Source: Candidatus Parcubacteria bacterium (GTDB lineage: Bacteria; Patescibacteriota; Minisyncoccia; Phycocordibacterales; Phycocordibacteraceae). From it: a DNA stretch of 61,553 bases. A program made the translations under genes and the position numbers. Under the pieces are notes generated by a model. The model saw only the letters and a list, made by a program, of their open reading frames with translations. It made no database searches and was not told where the DNA came from. Location of the stretch: assembly GCA_021731495.1 (NCBI GenBank), contig JAKFXG010000002.1, positions 1-61,553 on the forward strand, read 5' to 3'. Of the stretch, positions 28,402 through 38,538 are shown in pieces (the first letter of the stretch is position 1; each line of letters begins with the position of its first letter).

Positions 28402-28599
28402 ACTCTTCACCAACCGCTTTCAAAAGCCCCTCCGTTTTATGGTCGGGCTTTCTTTTTTCCGCAGTTTCCGCTATTCTCTACCTAACGCCACGGCGCCTTT
28501 TACTGCCAAGCGAGTGAGTGAAAAAGAAATTCCCATTTCGTTTTTCCGAACGAGCGCTGGTAGAAAGATGCCGGAGGCAGCTTATTTTTTATCTAATTT

Positions 28600-30747
28600 A
28601 TGAATCGAGATTACCCTCTAGAAAAGGTTAGAAACTTTGGAATTATCGCCAACATCGACGCGGGGAAGACGACTACGTCTGAGCGCGTGCTTTTCTATAC
28701 GGGTAGCCAACACAAGATCGGCGAAGTGCACGAGGGCGAAACGACGACCGACTGGATGGAGCAGGAGCGTGAGCGCGGCATCACTATCACTGCGGCGGCA
28801 ATCACCTGTTTCTGGACGAAGACTGGAGAGCCAGATAAGAAAGACACGGCAAAGAAGTTCCGTTTCAACGTTATCGACACGCCGGGACACATCGACTTCA
28901 CTGCGGAGGTGAAGCGCTCCATGCGCGTGCTCGACGGGGCTGTTGTCGTCTTCGACGGTGTTGCAGGCGTCGAGCCGCAGTCCGAGACCAACTGGCGCTA
29001 TGCCGACGAGGCAAAGGTGCCGCGCATCTGTTTCATCAATAAGCTCGATCGTACGGGAGCATCTTTTGAACACTCCTACGCAAGCATCCTCGACCGACTC
29101 TCGCCGAAAGCTATTCGCATGCAGATTCCTATCGGCGAAGAGTCTGCTCATGAGGGATCCATCGATCTTCTCACCATGAAGGCGTACTCGTTCTCCGGGA
29201 ACATGGGTGAAGAGGTGACGACAGGCGAAATCCCGGAGGCCCTCCTTGAGGATGCAAAAAAATATCGTGCAGAACTCATCGAACGCATTGTGGAACAAGA
29301 CGATGCCGCGATGAGTGCGTATCTCGACGGTAAGGAGCCAAGCGTCGAAGAGCTAAAGGCAATTTTGCGCAAGGCGGTTATTGGGAACGAAATATTCCCA
29401 GTCTATTGCGGAAGCGCGCTCAAGAATAAAGGCGTACAGCTCGTGCTCGATGCCGTTGTTGACTACCTTCCTTCACCACTTGATCTTCCGCCTGCTACCG
29501 GAAGGAACCCGAAGACGAGTGAACCTATCGAGCGTCATGCATCGGACGATGAACCGTTCTGCGCGCTCGCTTTCAAACTCCAAACCGACCCGTTCGTCGG
29601 CGCACTGACCTTCTTCCGTGTTTATTCAGGCACACTCACTGCCGGCTCATACGTTTACAACTCAACCACCGGCACCAAGGAGCGCGTCGGCCGTATCGTG
29701 CGCCTGCAGGCTGACAAGCGCGAAGAAGTCGCGAAGGTATTTACAGGCGAAATCGCTGCTGCTGTGGGTCTCAAGGATACGAAAACGTCCCACACACTTT
29801 GTGATGAGGCGAACCCAATCACGCTAGAAGAAATTAAATTCCCTGAGCCGGTGGTATCGCTTCGCATCGAGCCGAAGACCAAGGCTGACCAAGAGAAGAT
29901 GGGTGTCGCACTCCGCAAACTTTCGGACGAGGACCCGACCTTCCGCATCAAGACCGACGAAGAGACCGGCGAGACCATCATTTCCGGCATGGGCGAACTG
30001 CATCTCGAAATCCTCGTTGACCGCATGAAGCGCGAATTCGGCGTCGTCGCAGATGTGGGCAAGCCGCAAGTGGCGTACCGCGAAACGATTCTCAGCTCCG
30101 CAGAGGCAGAAGGAAAGTACATCAAGCAGACCGGTGGTCGCGGCCAGTACGGTCATGTGAAGATCAAGATGAAGAAGATGGAACCAGTCGATCCGGAAAA
30201 GAAAGTTTCAAAAAATATTACACGCGAAGACCATTTCGAGTTCATCAACAACATCAAAGGAGGCGTCGTTCCGCAGGAATACATCCCGGCGGTGGAGAAG
30301 GGTATGCGCGAAGCTATGGGACGAGGACATCTCGCCGGGTTCCCAATGGTTGATATCTCTATCGACCTCTACGACGGCTCGTACCACGACGTGGACTCTT
30401 CGGAAATCGCCTTTAAGATCGCAGCGTCGATGGCGTTTAAGGAAGCGGCTCAAAAAGCGAAGCCGGTTATCCTTGAGCCGATCATGCGCGTCGAGGTCAT
30501 CGTGCCGGATCAGTTCATGGGCGACATCACCGGCAATCTTTCCGGCAAGCGCGCACAGATAGAAGGTATGGAGGAGCGCGGTATGAATAAAGTCGTGCAC
30601 GCCAAGGTGCCACTTTCTGAAATGTTCGGTTATACCACCACGCTCCGCTCCATGACCGAAGGCCGCGGAAGCATGACAATGGAATTCGACCACTACGATA
30701 CGGTCCCGAAGAATGTGGCAGACGATATCATCGCGAGCCGAAAGTAA
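28600..30747 (+). CDS. fusA: elongation factor G
   Basis: [37 protein letters not shown]. Confidence 0.98.
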   Translation: MNRDYPLEKVRNFGIIANIDAGKTTTSERVLFYTGSQHKIGEVHEGETTTDWMEQERERGITITAAAITCFWTKTGEPDKKDTAKKFRFNVIDTPGHIDFTAEVKRSMRVLDGAVVVFDGVAGVEPQSETNWRYADEAKVPRICFINKLDRTGASFEHSYASILDRLSPKAIRMQIPIGEESAHEGSIDLLTMKAYSFSGNMGEEVTTGEIPEALLEDAKKYRAELIERIVEQDDAAMSAYLDGKEPSVEELKAILRKAVIGNEIFPVYCGSALKNKGVQLVLDAVVDYLPSPLDLPPATGRNPKTSEPIERHASDDEPFCALAFKLQTDPFVGALTFFRVYSGTLTAGSYVYNSTTGTKERVGRIVRLQADKREEVAKVFTGEIAAAVGLKDTKTSHTLCDEANPITLEEIKFPEPVVSLRIEPKTKADQEKMGVALRKLSDEDPTFRIKTDEETGETIISGMGELHLEILVDRMKREFGVVADVGKPQVAYRETILSSAEAEGKYIKQTGGRGQYGHVKIKMKKMEPVDPEKKVSKNITREDHFEFINNIKGGVVPQEYIPAVEKGMREAMGRGHLAGFPMVDISIDLYDGSYHDVDSSEIAFKIAASMAFKEAAQKAKPVILEPIMRVEVIVPDQFMGDITGNLSGKRAQIEGMEERGMNKVVHAKVPLSEMFGYTTTLRSMTEGRGSMTMEFDHYDTVPKNVADDIIASRK

Positions 30748-30756
30748 TAGTATTTT

Positions 30757-30794
30757 ATAAAGACGCCGCCGCATTTCTGCGGCGGCGTCTTTAT
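30757..30794 (+). terminator. intrinsic terminator after fusA
   Basis: ATAAAGACGCCGCCGCA / TGCGGCGGCGTCTTTAT. Confidence 0.8.
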
Positions 30795-30809
30795 TGTCCC
30801 CGTAGAGAG

Positions 30810-30838
30810 TTGCATTTCCCAACAGGCTTGCGTATAGT
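30810..30838 (+). promoter_or_regulatory. promoter of tuf-rpsJ
   Basis: TTGCAT-17 nt-TATAGT. Confidence 0.6.
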
Positions 30839-30917
30839 GCTTCTAACGCATCTTGGCGTCGCTCTTTGGCTTGTCTGCTTTTGTGAGTCGGCAAGCTATT
30901 GAGTTTGTTCCGACTCA

Positions 30918-30954
30918 CCCCAGTACCACAACCTCGGTTGGCTACGGGGCAAGC
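30918..30954 (-). repeat. TGCCCCG...CTGGGG hairpin element in the tuf leader
   Basis: near-identical inverted copy of the element at 32614-32659. Confidence 0.75.
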
Positions 30955-30996
30955 GTCGGATATTCGTGATTAATTATTAACGTTATCCGATTTACT

Positions 30997-32196
30997 ATGG
31001 CAGAATTTAATCGAAGCAAGCCGCACATGAACGTGGGCACCATCGGTCACGTGGACCATGGAAAGACGACTCTCACCGCAGGTATCCTGCATGTTCTCTC
31101 GATGCTCACCGGCGAGGGCTACAGCGCCCGCGTTGAAGGCGTCGATAAGATCGACAGTGCACCTGAGGAAAAGGCGCGCGGTATTACTATTGCGCTCCAC
31201 CACTCGGAGTACGAGTCACCAAACCGTCACTACGCGCACATTGATGCGCCAGGACACGCTGACTACATCAAGAACATGATCACGGGCGCCGCCCAAATGG
31301 ACGGAGCCGTACTTGTGGTTGCCGCAACTGATGGTGTGATGCCTCAGACACGTGAGCACATCCTCCTTGCAAAGCAGGTGGGTCTCAAGAAGCTCATCGT
31401 TTTCCTTAACAAGGTAGACATGGTTGCCGAGGCTGACCTCATCGACCTCGTCGAAGAGGAAATCCGCGAGCTTCTGACCAAGCAGGGCTACGATGGTGCC
31501 GCTACGCCGATTATCCGCGGTTCGGGCCTTAAGGCTCTTGAATCAAAGGATGTCAGCGACGAGTGGGCACAGAAGGTTAAGAGCCTTGTTGACACGATGG
31601 ACACATACTTCGACCAGCCTGAGCGCGAAGTATCGAAGCCGTTCCTCATGCCTATCGAAGACATCTTCTCGATCGAAGGTCGTGGCACCGTGGTCACTGG
31701 CCGTATCGAGCGCGGTGTTGTGAAGGTAGGTGAAGAAGTTGAGATCGTCGGTATTAAGGCGACCGTCAAGACGACCGTCACCGGTATCGAAATGTTCAAC
31801 AAACAGCTCCAGGAAGGTATGGCGGGCGACAACGCCGGCATTTTGCTCCGCGGTACGAAGAAAGAAGACGTGCATCGCGGCCAGGTCCTCGCAAAGAGCG
31901 GCTCGGTCACTCCGCACACCGACTTCGAAGCCGAGGTCTACATTCTCGGCAAGGATGAAGGCGGTCGCCACACGCCATTCTTCTCGGGTTACAAGCCGCA
32001 GTTCTACATCCGCACAACGGACGTCACCGGTGAAGTAACGCTCGCAGAAGGAAAGGAAATGGTCATGCCAGGAGACACGGTCACTTTCAAGGTGAAGCTC
32101 GTTGCTCCGGTTGCGCTCGAAGCACAACAGCGCTTCGCCATTCGCGAAGGAGGTAAGACGGTCGGTGCCGGTGTCGTGACGAAGATCACTGCGTAA
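30997..32196 (+). CDS. tuf: elongation factor Tu
   Basis: [39 protein letters not shown]. Confidence 0.98.
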   Translation: MAEFNRSKPHMNVGTIGHVDHGKTTLTAGILHVLSMLTGEGYSARVEGVDKIDSAPEEKARGITIALHHSEYESPNRHYAHIDAPGHADYIKNMITGAAQMDGAVLVVAATDGVMPQTREHILLAKQVGLKKLIVFLNKVDMVAEADLIDLVEEEIRELLTKQGYDGAATPIIRGSGLKALESKDVSDEWAQKVKSLVDTMDTYFDQPEREVSKPFLMPIEDIFSIEGRGTVVTGRIERGVVKVGEEVEIVGIKATVKTTVTGIEMFNKQLQEGMAGDNAGILLRGTKKEDVHRGQVLAKSGSVTPHTDFEAEVYILGKDEGGRHTPFFSGYKPQFYIRTTDVTGEVTLAEGKEMVMPGDTVTFKVKLVAPVALEAQQRFAIREGGKTVGAGVVTKITA

Positions 32197-32221
32197 TACC
32201 GACTTCGGAATTACTACTCAT

Positions 32222-32611
32222 ATGGCTACAGCGACAACAGCAAAACCTAAAGCGAAGAGCGCCCCAAAGCGTGCCGCGAAAAAGGTCGCAGCCCCGGCTC
32301 CTGTGGAGCATAAGCTCCGCATCCGTGTCCGCGCCTATGAGCACAAGATTCTCGATCTCTCGGTGAAGCAGATCATGGATACTGCAGCCCGCTTTGATGC
32401 CGTCGTTGTCGGCCCTGTGCCGCTTCCGACTGAGATCAAGCGCTGGACCGTGAACCGTTCGACGTTCGTCCACAAAGACGCTCGCGAGCAGTTCGAGATG
32501 CGCATCCATAAGCGTCTCATCGACATCCTCAACCCCTCGCCGAAGGTCATCGAGGCCCTTACCAATCTGAACCTGCCAAGTGGTGTCACGATTGACGTGA
32601 AGATGGTATAG
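32222..32611 (+). CDS. rpsJ: 30S ribosomal protein S10 (Lys/Ala-rich N-terminal extension)
   Basis: GPVPLPT, HKDAREQFEMRIHKRLIDI. Confidence 0.97.
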   Translation: MATATTAKPKAKSAPKRAAKKVAAPAPVEHKLRIRVRAYEHKILDLSVKQIMDTAARFDAVVVGPVPLPTEIKRWTVNRSTFVHKDAREQFEMRIHKRLIDILNPSPKVIEALTNLNLPSGVTIDVKMV

Positions 32612-32613
32612 AT

Positions 32614-32659
32614 GCTTGCCCCGTAGCCAACCGAGCAAAGCGAGGTTGTGGTACCGGGG
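32614..32659 (+). repeat. TGCCCCG...CCGGGG hairpin element after rpsJ, flanked by a duplicated rpsJ 3' end
   Basis: GTGAAGATGGTATAG (32597) and GTGAAAATGGTTTAA (32659). Confidence 0.75.
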
Positions 32660-32686
32660 TGAAAATGGTTTAAAAAAGACAGCCAA

Positions 32687-32724
32687 GAAACACAAAACCG
32701 CCCTGAAGGGCGGTTTTGTGTTTC
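32687..32724 (+). terminator. intrinsic terminator after rpsJ
   Basis: GAAACACAAAACCGCCC-TGAA-GGGCGGTTTTGTGTTTC. Confidence 0.8.
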
Positions 32725-32769
32725 CCATTAAATTTTGGTAGTGTCCACCGCAGGAAGGGAAGGTGTTCC

Positions 32770-32994
32770 ATGCAATGGTCTAGAAAAAATCTCAACAATT
32801 ATCTACATGCACGACTGAGGCGGACCAACTCCCGCCTCAGAGAGCTTGAAGAGCAAAGAAAAGCCTGGAGTGCGATGGAGTTTGCAGAAAATGCCTTCGC
32901 AGATTTCTATAAACACAATTTCGATTTTCTCTCTGGAGAACGGGAAAGGCTTGTGAACAGACTCAATCTTTCTAAGGAGCAAGCAGAATCCTAA
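32770..32994 (+). CDS. small coiled-coil hypothetical protein
   Basis: 74 aa, purine-rich SD, hairpin at about 33018-33045. Confidence 0.6.
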   Translation: MQWSRKNLNNYLHARLRRTNSRLRELEEQRKAWSAMEFAENAFADFYKHNFDFLSGERERLVNRLNLSKEQAES

Positions 32995-33065
32995 ACAAAA
33001 TTGAGTGCTATCGAATAGGCCCCGGACGGAAACGTCTCGGGGCCTTGTTGCGTTTTTAGAGTGGG

Positions 33066-33845
33066 TCACTCTGTTTTAAACAGTTTTGTGGGGATGTCCA
33101 TTCTTCTACCCGAATCGTGCATAAACTTGAACAGTGAGTTTAAAAGAGCCACAACGTCTTTATTTCCAATAACGACACCAATTTCATCCTGCCAATTCGC
33201 AAGCATTGCGTGATTGCCAATGATATATAGGTCGCTCAAATACCGTAGATATTCCTCCGGTACTACCGACGTATGTGCCAATCGCCCAGCAAAGCTCTTG
33301 AACCACTCGCGTCCGTAGACACCACTCAACCGTCCTACGAAATTCTCCTCCAGAACTCCTTGGACGATAATGCCACGCTGCTTGATGAGTTCGTTTATTT
33401 TAATTGTTTCCTGTAGACCCATTTTCTCCATTGCCGCCAGAGCCGAGATTGTCGGTTGCACGCCGGTAAATCGTCCGTTACGTGGCAGAGATTCCAGTAG
33501 TGCCCGAAGTGTTCGTGTAAGATCGTCCGCACCACGAATGAGTGTGAAGCCGGGAACTGACATATCAGCTACAGATACACCAAGAGATTTTGTACTCGCA
33601 AGAATACTACGTTCGATGCTACCTTGTGGAGCCCGTCTCCATACTAAACGTTTGCCTTGTGTATGCGACTCAGCAAGGCCACGCCTGGCTAGAGCATCAA
33701 GAGTACGCAATAAAGTCGTTCTTGGTAAGCGTGTTTTGCGTACAAGCTGGGCGGGAAGGTTTGCCTGATCAACAGAGAGGGAAGAAAAAGCCTTTTTCTC
33801 AGCCTGTGTCAGACTAAAGATATTGGGCTTATCTTTCGTGTTCAT
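33066..33845 (-). CDS. TrmB-like HTH transcriptional regulator
   Basis: wHTH LPRTTLLRTLDALARRGL; C-terminal IY.N..M....DEIGVVI.N..V..L..LF pattern. Confidence 0.75.
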   Translation of the reverse strand: MNTKDKPNIFSLTQAEKKAFSSLSVDQANLPAQLVRKTRLPRTTLLRTLDALARRGLAESHTQGKRLVWRRAPQGSIERSILASTKSLGVSVADMSVPGFTLIRGADDLTRTLRALLESLPRNGRFTGVQPTISALAAMEKMGLQETIKINELIKQRGIIVQGVLEENFVGRLSGVYGREWFKSFAGRLAHTSVVPEEYLRYLSDLYIIGNHAMLANWQDEIGVVIGNKDVVALLNSLFKFMHDSGRRMDIPTKLFKTE

Positions 33846-34024
33846 GTTCTGGCACTCTAACAAATAACCGGATTTCGGTCAAATATTACCACTTATACAT
33901 CCTTTACTTTAAAGATATTTTGTTGTTCCCACATAATGTCGTGATATTTTTTGAAAACGCAAAGTAGAGCGAGTAGAGTTATTCGCGGAGTTCCCCCTAA
34001 CCCGTTAATTAGGAGAGTTGAGAT

Positions 34025-34690
34025 ATGGACAACCCTAAAAAATCAGAGAAAGAGCTTCAGCTTGAGCAGATACTCCGGGCACTTGAGAAAAAGCCGGAAT
34101 TGCCTGAGCAGTTCCAACCCGAACCCGGTGCATTTCTGCACCTCGTAAAGGAGGCGTGGGGTGGCGAGATCGGGCGTGACGGCCGTAGAGGATTCCTGAG
34201 CGAAGAGAAACTTGCTGGGAAAATTCAGGAACGAGTCAACCATCCGTATACACGGAACCAATGGCAGACTATGTTCGGAGGAGGGAGGAGAGCATATCGG
34301 ACTATCTGGAAACAGGCTATACCGCGTGACGTTGCGAAGGGGTTTCTCGAAATTGCGTTCGCTTACTGGTCGGTGGGGCCCAACGGCTCATCTAGGCCAT
34401 TCGTCACTTCACCATCAATAAACATCGCGCAGGCCATTGAAAATGCCTGTGAAGCGATGTTTGGAAGCGGTCCGGCAGTAGTTTGCCGAAGCGTTTTAGA
34501 GCCCGGCGGGATTGATAAAAATGAGAACCTGTGTCCTCTTCTTAAAAAGTTGGTTGAGGACAATAACCAGCCGATATCTCTTCAGGATATCGAGTTTTCG
34601 ATGGAGATGCGTTTTCATCGGATGAAAAATATATCAGCCCCGATGCTACAGCAAATGCTTATGCACCGCAGGATAACGAGTGCTAAATAA
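34025..34690 (+). CDS. hypothetical protein, divergent from the TrmB-like gene
   Basis: 221 aa, AGGAG SD, terminator at 34705-34730. Confidence 0.7.
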   Translation: MDNPKKSEKELQLEQILRALEKKPELPEQFQPEPGAFLHLVKEAWGGEIGRDGRRGFLSEEKLAGKIQERVNHPYTRNQWQTMFGGGRRAYRTIWKQAIPRDVAKGFLEIAFAYWSVGPNGSSRPFVTSPSINIAQAIENACEAMFGSGPAVVCRSVLEPGGIDKNENLCPLLKKLVEDNNQPISLQDIEFSMEMRFHRMKNISAPMLQQMLMHRRITSAK

Positions 34691-34732
34691 AAATTGCGAT
34701 GATTAAAAGCCCGACCAAAGTCGGGCTTTTTC

Positions 34733-34761
34733 TTGCATCTTTTAGATGGGTCGTGTAGAGT
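34733..34761 (+). promoter_or_regulatory. promoter of rplC-rplB
   Basis: TTGCAT-17 nt-TAGAGT. Confidence 0.55.
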
Positions 34762-34874
34762 GCTCGTAAAGCTAAGAACGGTGCCTAGCACTGGTCCAAT
34801 GGCAACTCGCGCAACGCGATTTGCTGTTGCGCGATTTGCTTTTGAAAATCTTTGATTTTCACCCAACAAAAGAC

Positions 34875-35495
34875 ATGAAATTCATCCTCGCCACAAAAAT
34901 AGGAATGACCCGTATCTTCGGGGAAGATGGCCGCGCTCGTGCGGGGACTATTCTCTCTGCCGACCCGGTGACGGTGACGCAGGTGAAGACGAAGGAAGGC
35001 AAGGACGCCTACTCTGCCGTGCAGGTTGGCCAGGGCGTTCGTAAGACGAAGAACATTTCCAAGCCGGTGTTGGGGCACACAAAAGGGAAGGGTTATGAGG
35101 CTGTTCGTGAGTTTCGTACTGATGAGGCCGCAGAAGTAGGTAGCACGATCGACGCGTCGACATTTGCCGTCGGTGACACCGTGCGCGTCTCCGGCCTTAC
35201 CAAGGGTAAGGGCTTTGCCGGCGTCGTGAAGCGCCATGGTTTCCACGGAGGTCCACGCAGTCACGGTCAGAAGCACACCGAGCGCTCTCCGGGTTCTATC
35301 GGTGGATCCGGCGGTCGTGCCGGCGGTCGTGTTGCAAAGGGTATGCGCATGGCAGGTCGTATGGGCACCGATCGTGTGACCGTGATGAATCTTAAGGTTC
35401 TTGCCGTTGATGTTGCCGCAGGCGAGATCATTGTCTCTGGCGCAGTACCCGGCCGCCGCGGAACCCTGCTCGAGGTTGTGTCTTCACCCCGTTAG
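34875..35495 (+). CDS. rplC: 50S ribosomal protein L3
   Basis: KIGMTRIF, KGKGFAGVVKRHGF, RMAGRMG. Confidence 0.97.
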   Translation: MKFILATKIGMTRIFGEDGRARAGTILSADPVTVTQVKTKEGKDAYSAVQVGQGVRKTKNISKPVLGHTKGKGYEAVREFRTDEAAEVGSTIDASTFAVGDTVRVSGLTKGKGFAGVVKRHGFHGGPRSHGQKHTERSPGSIGGSGGRAGGRVAKGMRMAGRMGTDRVTVMNLKVLAVDVAAGEIIVSGAVPGRRGTLLEVVSSPR

Positions 35496-35601
35496 ATAAC
35501 TTATGACAAACAACCGAAAAACAGAAAATAACGCTAGTGATATCCGCAAAAGCAAAGCGGGTGTCGCTACAGTATCTAATGGGGCAAGTAATTTGAATAC
35601 T

Positions 35602-36339
35602 ATGGCTACTGCAAAGAAAACAGCAAAGACAAAGAAAGAATACGTCCCGATCGAAGCGGATATCTTTTCTATGGAAGGGAAGAAGGTTGGTGCCATTACA
35701 CTCCCGGAGAGCATTTTCGGTGCACCGTGGCGTACTGATCTCGTGCACCAGGTGACCACGGCTATGCAGGCGAACCTTCGCCAGAATCGCGCCCACACCA
35801 AGGACCGGGCTGAAGTTTCTGGCGGCGGCAAGAAGCCGTGGAAGCAGAAGGGCACCGGTCAGGCGCGTCACGGCTCAAGCCGCTCACCGATCTGGCGCCA
35901 CGGCGGTATCACATTTGGTCCTCGCAACGAACGCGACTATAGCGAGAAGATCAACCGCAAGATGCGTGTCGGCGCTCTTCTTTCGGTACTCTCTCGAAAG
36001 GCGAAAGACGGTGAGATTATCCTTGTGGATTCATTTACCTTTGCCACACCAAAGACAGCGACCGCGAAGGCTGCGATTACGGCACTCGCCAAGGGTGCAG
36101 GCGCAGAGCGGCTCACGACCAAAAAGAAGAATGCCGCGCTCATTGCACTCTCTGCATACGATGCGAATGCGATAAAGAGCTTCAAAAATTTTGGAAATGT
36201 CACGACAGAGGAGTTGCGCAACCTCAATCCAGTCGATGTGATGGCGCACAAGTACCTCATCATTGAGAAGCCCGAGGCATCGTTTGCCGCGCTCGTGGCC
36301 CGCGCCGTGCCTACCGGCAGGCAGGCAAAGTCTAAATAA
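35602..36339 (+). CDS. rplD: 50S ribosomal protein L4 (alternative in-frame ATG at 35503)
   Basis: VSGGGKKPWKQKGTGQARHGS.RSPIWRHGG. Confidence 0.95.
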   Translation: MATAKKTAKTKKEYVPIEADIFSMEGKKVGAITLPESIFGAPWRTDLVHQVTTAMQANLRQNRAHTKDRAEVSGGGKKPWKQKGTGQARHGSSRSPIWRHGGITFGPRNERDYSEKINRKMRVGALLSVLSRKAKDGEIILVDSFTFATPKTATAKAAITALAKGAGAERLTTKKKNAALIALSAYDANAIKSFKNFGNVTTEELRNLNPVDVMAHKYLIIEKPEASFAALVARAVPTGRQAKSK

Positions 36340-36345
36340 ATCATT

Positions 36346-36720
36346 ATGGCTATTTTCGGCAAGTCTCAGAAGACAAAGAAAGAAAAGAAGGACAAGGTCG
36401 TCCTGAAGCATCGCGCCCGTACTGCGGCGACGGTAAATGGTACTGCACATGAGATCATTCGCGCACCATGGTTTTCTGAAAAGGCACTCATCATGACCGA
36501 GAAGGGGGTCTATACGTTCGATGTTTCTACGCGTGCAACGAAGGCTGCGGTCGCGGGTGCCATCAAAGAGATCTACAATGTCGAACCTCGCAAGATCCGT
36601 ATTGTGAACCTCCCTGCGAAGCGCAAGATGATGCGCACGAAACGCGGAATCGGTACCCGCGCTGCTCGCCGCAAGGCCTACGTATACCTGAACGCCGGAG
36701 ATACGATCCAGTTTGCGTAA
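36346..36720 (+). CDS. rplW: 50S ribosomal protein L23
   Basis: P..SEKA, YTFDV, RKAYVYL. Confidence 0.93.
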   Translation: MAIFGKSQKTKKEKKDKVVLKHRARTAATVNGTAHEIIRAPWFSEKALIMTEKGVYTFDVSTRATKAAVAGAIKEIYNVEPRKIRIVNLPAKRKMMRTKRGIGTRAARRKAYVYLNAGDTIQFA

Positions 36721-36729
36721 TATTTTCGT

Positions 36730-37578
36730 ATGAAAACATATAAACCAACATCAAAAAGCCGCCGCCACATGACTACGCTCCCATTCAAGGAGCTCCTTTC
36801 GGGCGACGCGCCGCACAAGCCTTTGATGAAGAAAAAGAAGCGCCAGGGCGGTCGAAATGCCTTTGGCCGCATCACGACGCGCCACCAGGGCGGCGGGCAT
36901 AAGCGCCGTCTGCGCGATGTAGACTTCTCCTACGATAAGAAGGATATTCCGGCCAGGATCGAGACCGTCGAGTATGATCCTTTCCGCTCTGCCTTCATCG
37001 GACTTGCGCTGTATCGCGATGGCGCACGTCGCTACGTCATTCTGCCGAAAGAAGTGAAAGTTGGAACCACATTCATCGTCTCTGCAGATGCACCTCTTAC
37101 GGCAGGGAACCGTCTTCCGCTTGGAAAGATTCCTGTCGGTACCTTTATCTACAATATTGAGATCTCTCCCGGCTCAGGTGCCAGTCTTGTCCGCTCAGCA
37201 GGCAACTTTGCAGAAGTAGTCGCGCATGACGCAGGGTATGCGCAGATAAAGCTTCCTTCGACTGAAATACGCAAGATTTCCGACCTTTCATGGGCTTCTA
37301 TCGGAGCTGTCGGCAATGAAGAATATAATCTCGTCGTCATCGGCAAAGCCGGCCGCAGTCGTTGGATGGGTATCCGACCGACCGTTCGTGGTACGGCAAT
37401 GAACCCTGTCGACCATCCACACGGTGGCGGTGAGGGCAAGCAGGGTCGCGGCCTGCGTCGTGCGAAGACAAAATGGGGCAAACCGTCCGGCAAAGGTCAG
37501 AAGACGAGGACTCCAAAAAAATACTCAAACGTATTTATTGTTAGCCGTCGGAAAGTAGGGAAAAAGAGAAAGGGTTAG
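36730..37578 (+). CDS. rplB: 50S ribosomal protein L2
   Basis: EYDPFRSA, VRGTAMNPVDHPHGGGEG. Confidence 0.98.
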   Translation: MKTYKPTSKSRRHMTTLPFKELLSGDAPHKPLMKKKKRQGGRNAFGRITTRHQGGGHKRRLRDVDFSYDKKDIPARIETVEYDPFRSAFIGLALYRDGARRYVILPKEVKVGTTFIVSADAPLTAGNRLPLGKIPVGTFIYNIEISPGSGASLVRSAGNFAEVVAHDAGYAQIKLPSTEIRKISDLSWASIGAVGNEEYNLVVIGKAGRSRWMGIRPTVRGTAMNPVDHPHGGGEGKQGRGLRRAKTKWGKPSGKGQKTRTPKKYSNVFIVSRRKVGKKRKG

Positions 37579-37582
37579 GCAA

Positions 37583-37616
37583 GCATGCCCCGTCACTCGT
37601 CCGCGAGTGTCTGGGG
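37583..37616 (+). repeat. TGCCCCG...CTGGGG hairpin element after rplB, flanked by a duplicated rplB 3' end
   Basis: AAGAGAAAGGGTTAG (37564) and AAGAGAAAGGGCTAA (37617). Confidence 0.75.
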
Positions 37617-37638
37617 AAGAGAAAGGGCTAATTCAAGG

Positions 37639-37680
37639 AAAACAGAAAACCCGCCGGCTAGCCGGCGGGTTTTCTGTTTT
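37639..37680 (+). terminator. intrinsic terminator after rplB
   Basis: AAAACAGAAAACCCGCCGGC-TA-GCCGGCGGGTTTTCTGTTTT. Confidence 0.85.
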
Positions 37681-37791
37681 GGGCCTGAAAATGCCATATG
37701 GCACCTAGGTATATTACATTGTAATCAATACCGTATTTGTCAAGGTTCTGAAACGGCCTAGGATTTATGAGGGTGTTTCGGAACGGTACAT

Positions 37792-37820
37792 TTGACTCCG
37801 CAGAGCCGTTCCTGTATCTT
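37792..37820 (+). promoter_or_regulatory. internal promoter upstream of rpsS
   Basis: TTGACT-17 nt-TATCTT. Confidence 0.55.
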
Positions 37821-37857
37821 TCCTATATCCCGCTGCGCGGGCTTTTCATTACTTTAC

Positions 37858-38208
37858 ATGCCACGCTCACTTAAGAAAGGACCCTTCGTGGACGCTAAAC
37901 TCCTGAAGAAGGTTATCGACAAGAAACCGGCCTCAACCGGGGTGATAAACACGTGGGCGCGCCGCAGCCAAATAAGTCCGGAAATGATCGGTTTTACCTT
38001 TGGCGTACATAATGGCAAGCAGCATCTCGAAGTGCTTGTTTCCGAAGAGATGGTGGGGCATCGCCTTGGCGAATTCTCGCCCACTAAGAAGTTCCTGCGT
38101 CACGGCGGCAAAATGCAGAAGGAAATGGAGCAGAAGAAACAGGAGGCTGAGATCGCTTCCGCAAAAGCTGCTAAAGCGCCTGCCGTCGCCGCTCCCGCTA
38201 AGAAATAA
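37858..38208 (+). CDS. rpsS: 30S ribosomal protein S19
   Basis: [29 protein letters not shown]. Confidence 0.97.
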   Translation: MPRSLKKGPFVDAKLLKKVIDKKPASTGVINTWARRSQISPEMIGFTFGVHNGKQHLEVLVSEEMVGHRLGEFSPTKKFLRHGGKMQKEMEQKKQEAEIASAKAAKAPAVAAPAKK

Positions 38209-38211
38209 TAT

Positions 38212-38532
38212 ATGGCATACGCAACTCTCGAGAGTCATAATCAGACGCCGCGCAAAATGCGCCTCGTTGCTAATCTTGTCAAAGGCAAGAAGGTGTCAGC
38301 GGCACTCGAGTCGCTCCAGTTCCTTCCTCTCCGTGCAGCAGAACCGATTGCAAAGCTCATCAAGAGCGCCGCTGCCAATGCGAAAGAGAAGGGTGAAGAC
38401 GTGGACGCTTTGAAAGTGCGGTCGATCGTCGTCGAGAGCGCCGGAGTGCTGAAGCGCTACATGCCGCGCGCATTCGGTCGTGCCTCAGCTATTCGTCGTC
38501 GCAAGAGCCGGGTAAAAGTAACGCTCGCATAA
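38212..38532 (+). CDS. rplV: 50S ribosomal protein L22
   Basis: PRKMRLVANLV, SAAANA, PRAFGRA. Confidence 0.95.
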   Translation: MAYATLESHNQTPRKMRLVANLVKGKKVSAALESLQFLPLRAAEPIAKLIKSAAANAKEKGEDVDALKVRSIVVESAGVLKRYMPRAFGRASAIRRRKSRVKVTLA

Positions 38533-38538
38533 ATTTAC

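Noticed and set aside
30915..32662. Composite transposon or invertible segment carrying tuf-rpsJ
   Set aside because: The inverted pair belongs to a dispersed repeat family, there is no transposase, and the fusA-tuf-rpsJ order is the ancestral one.
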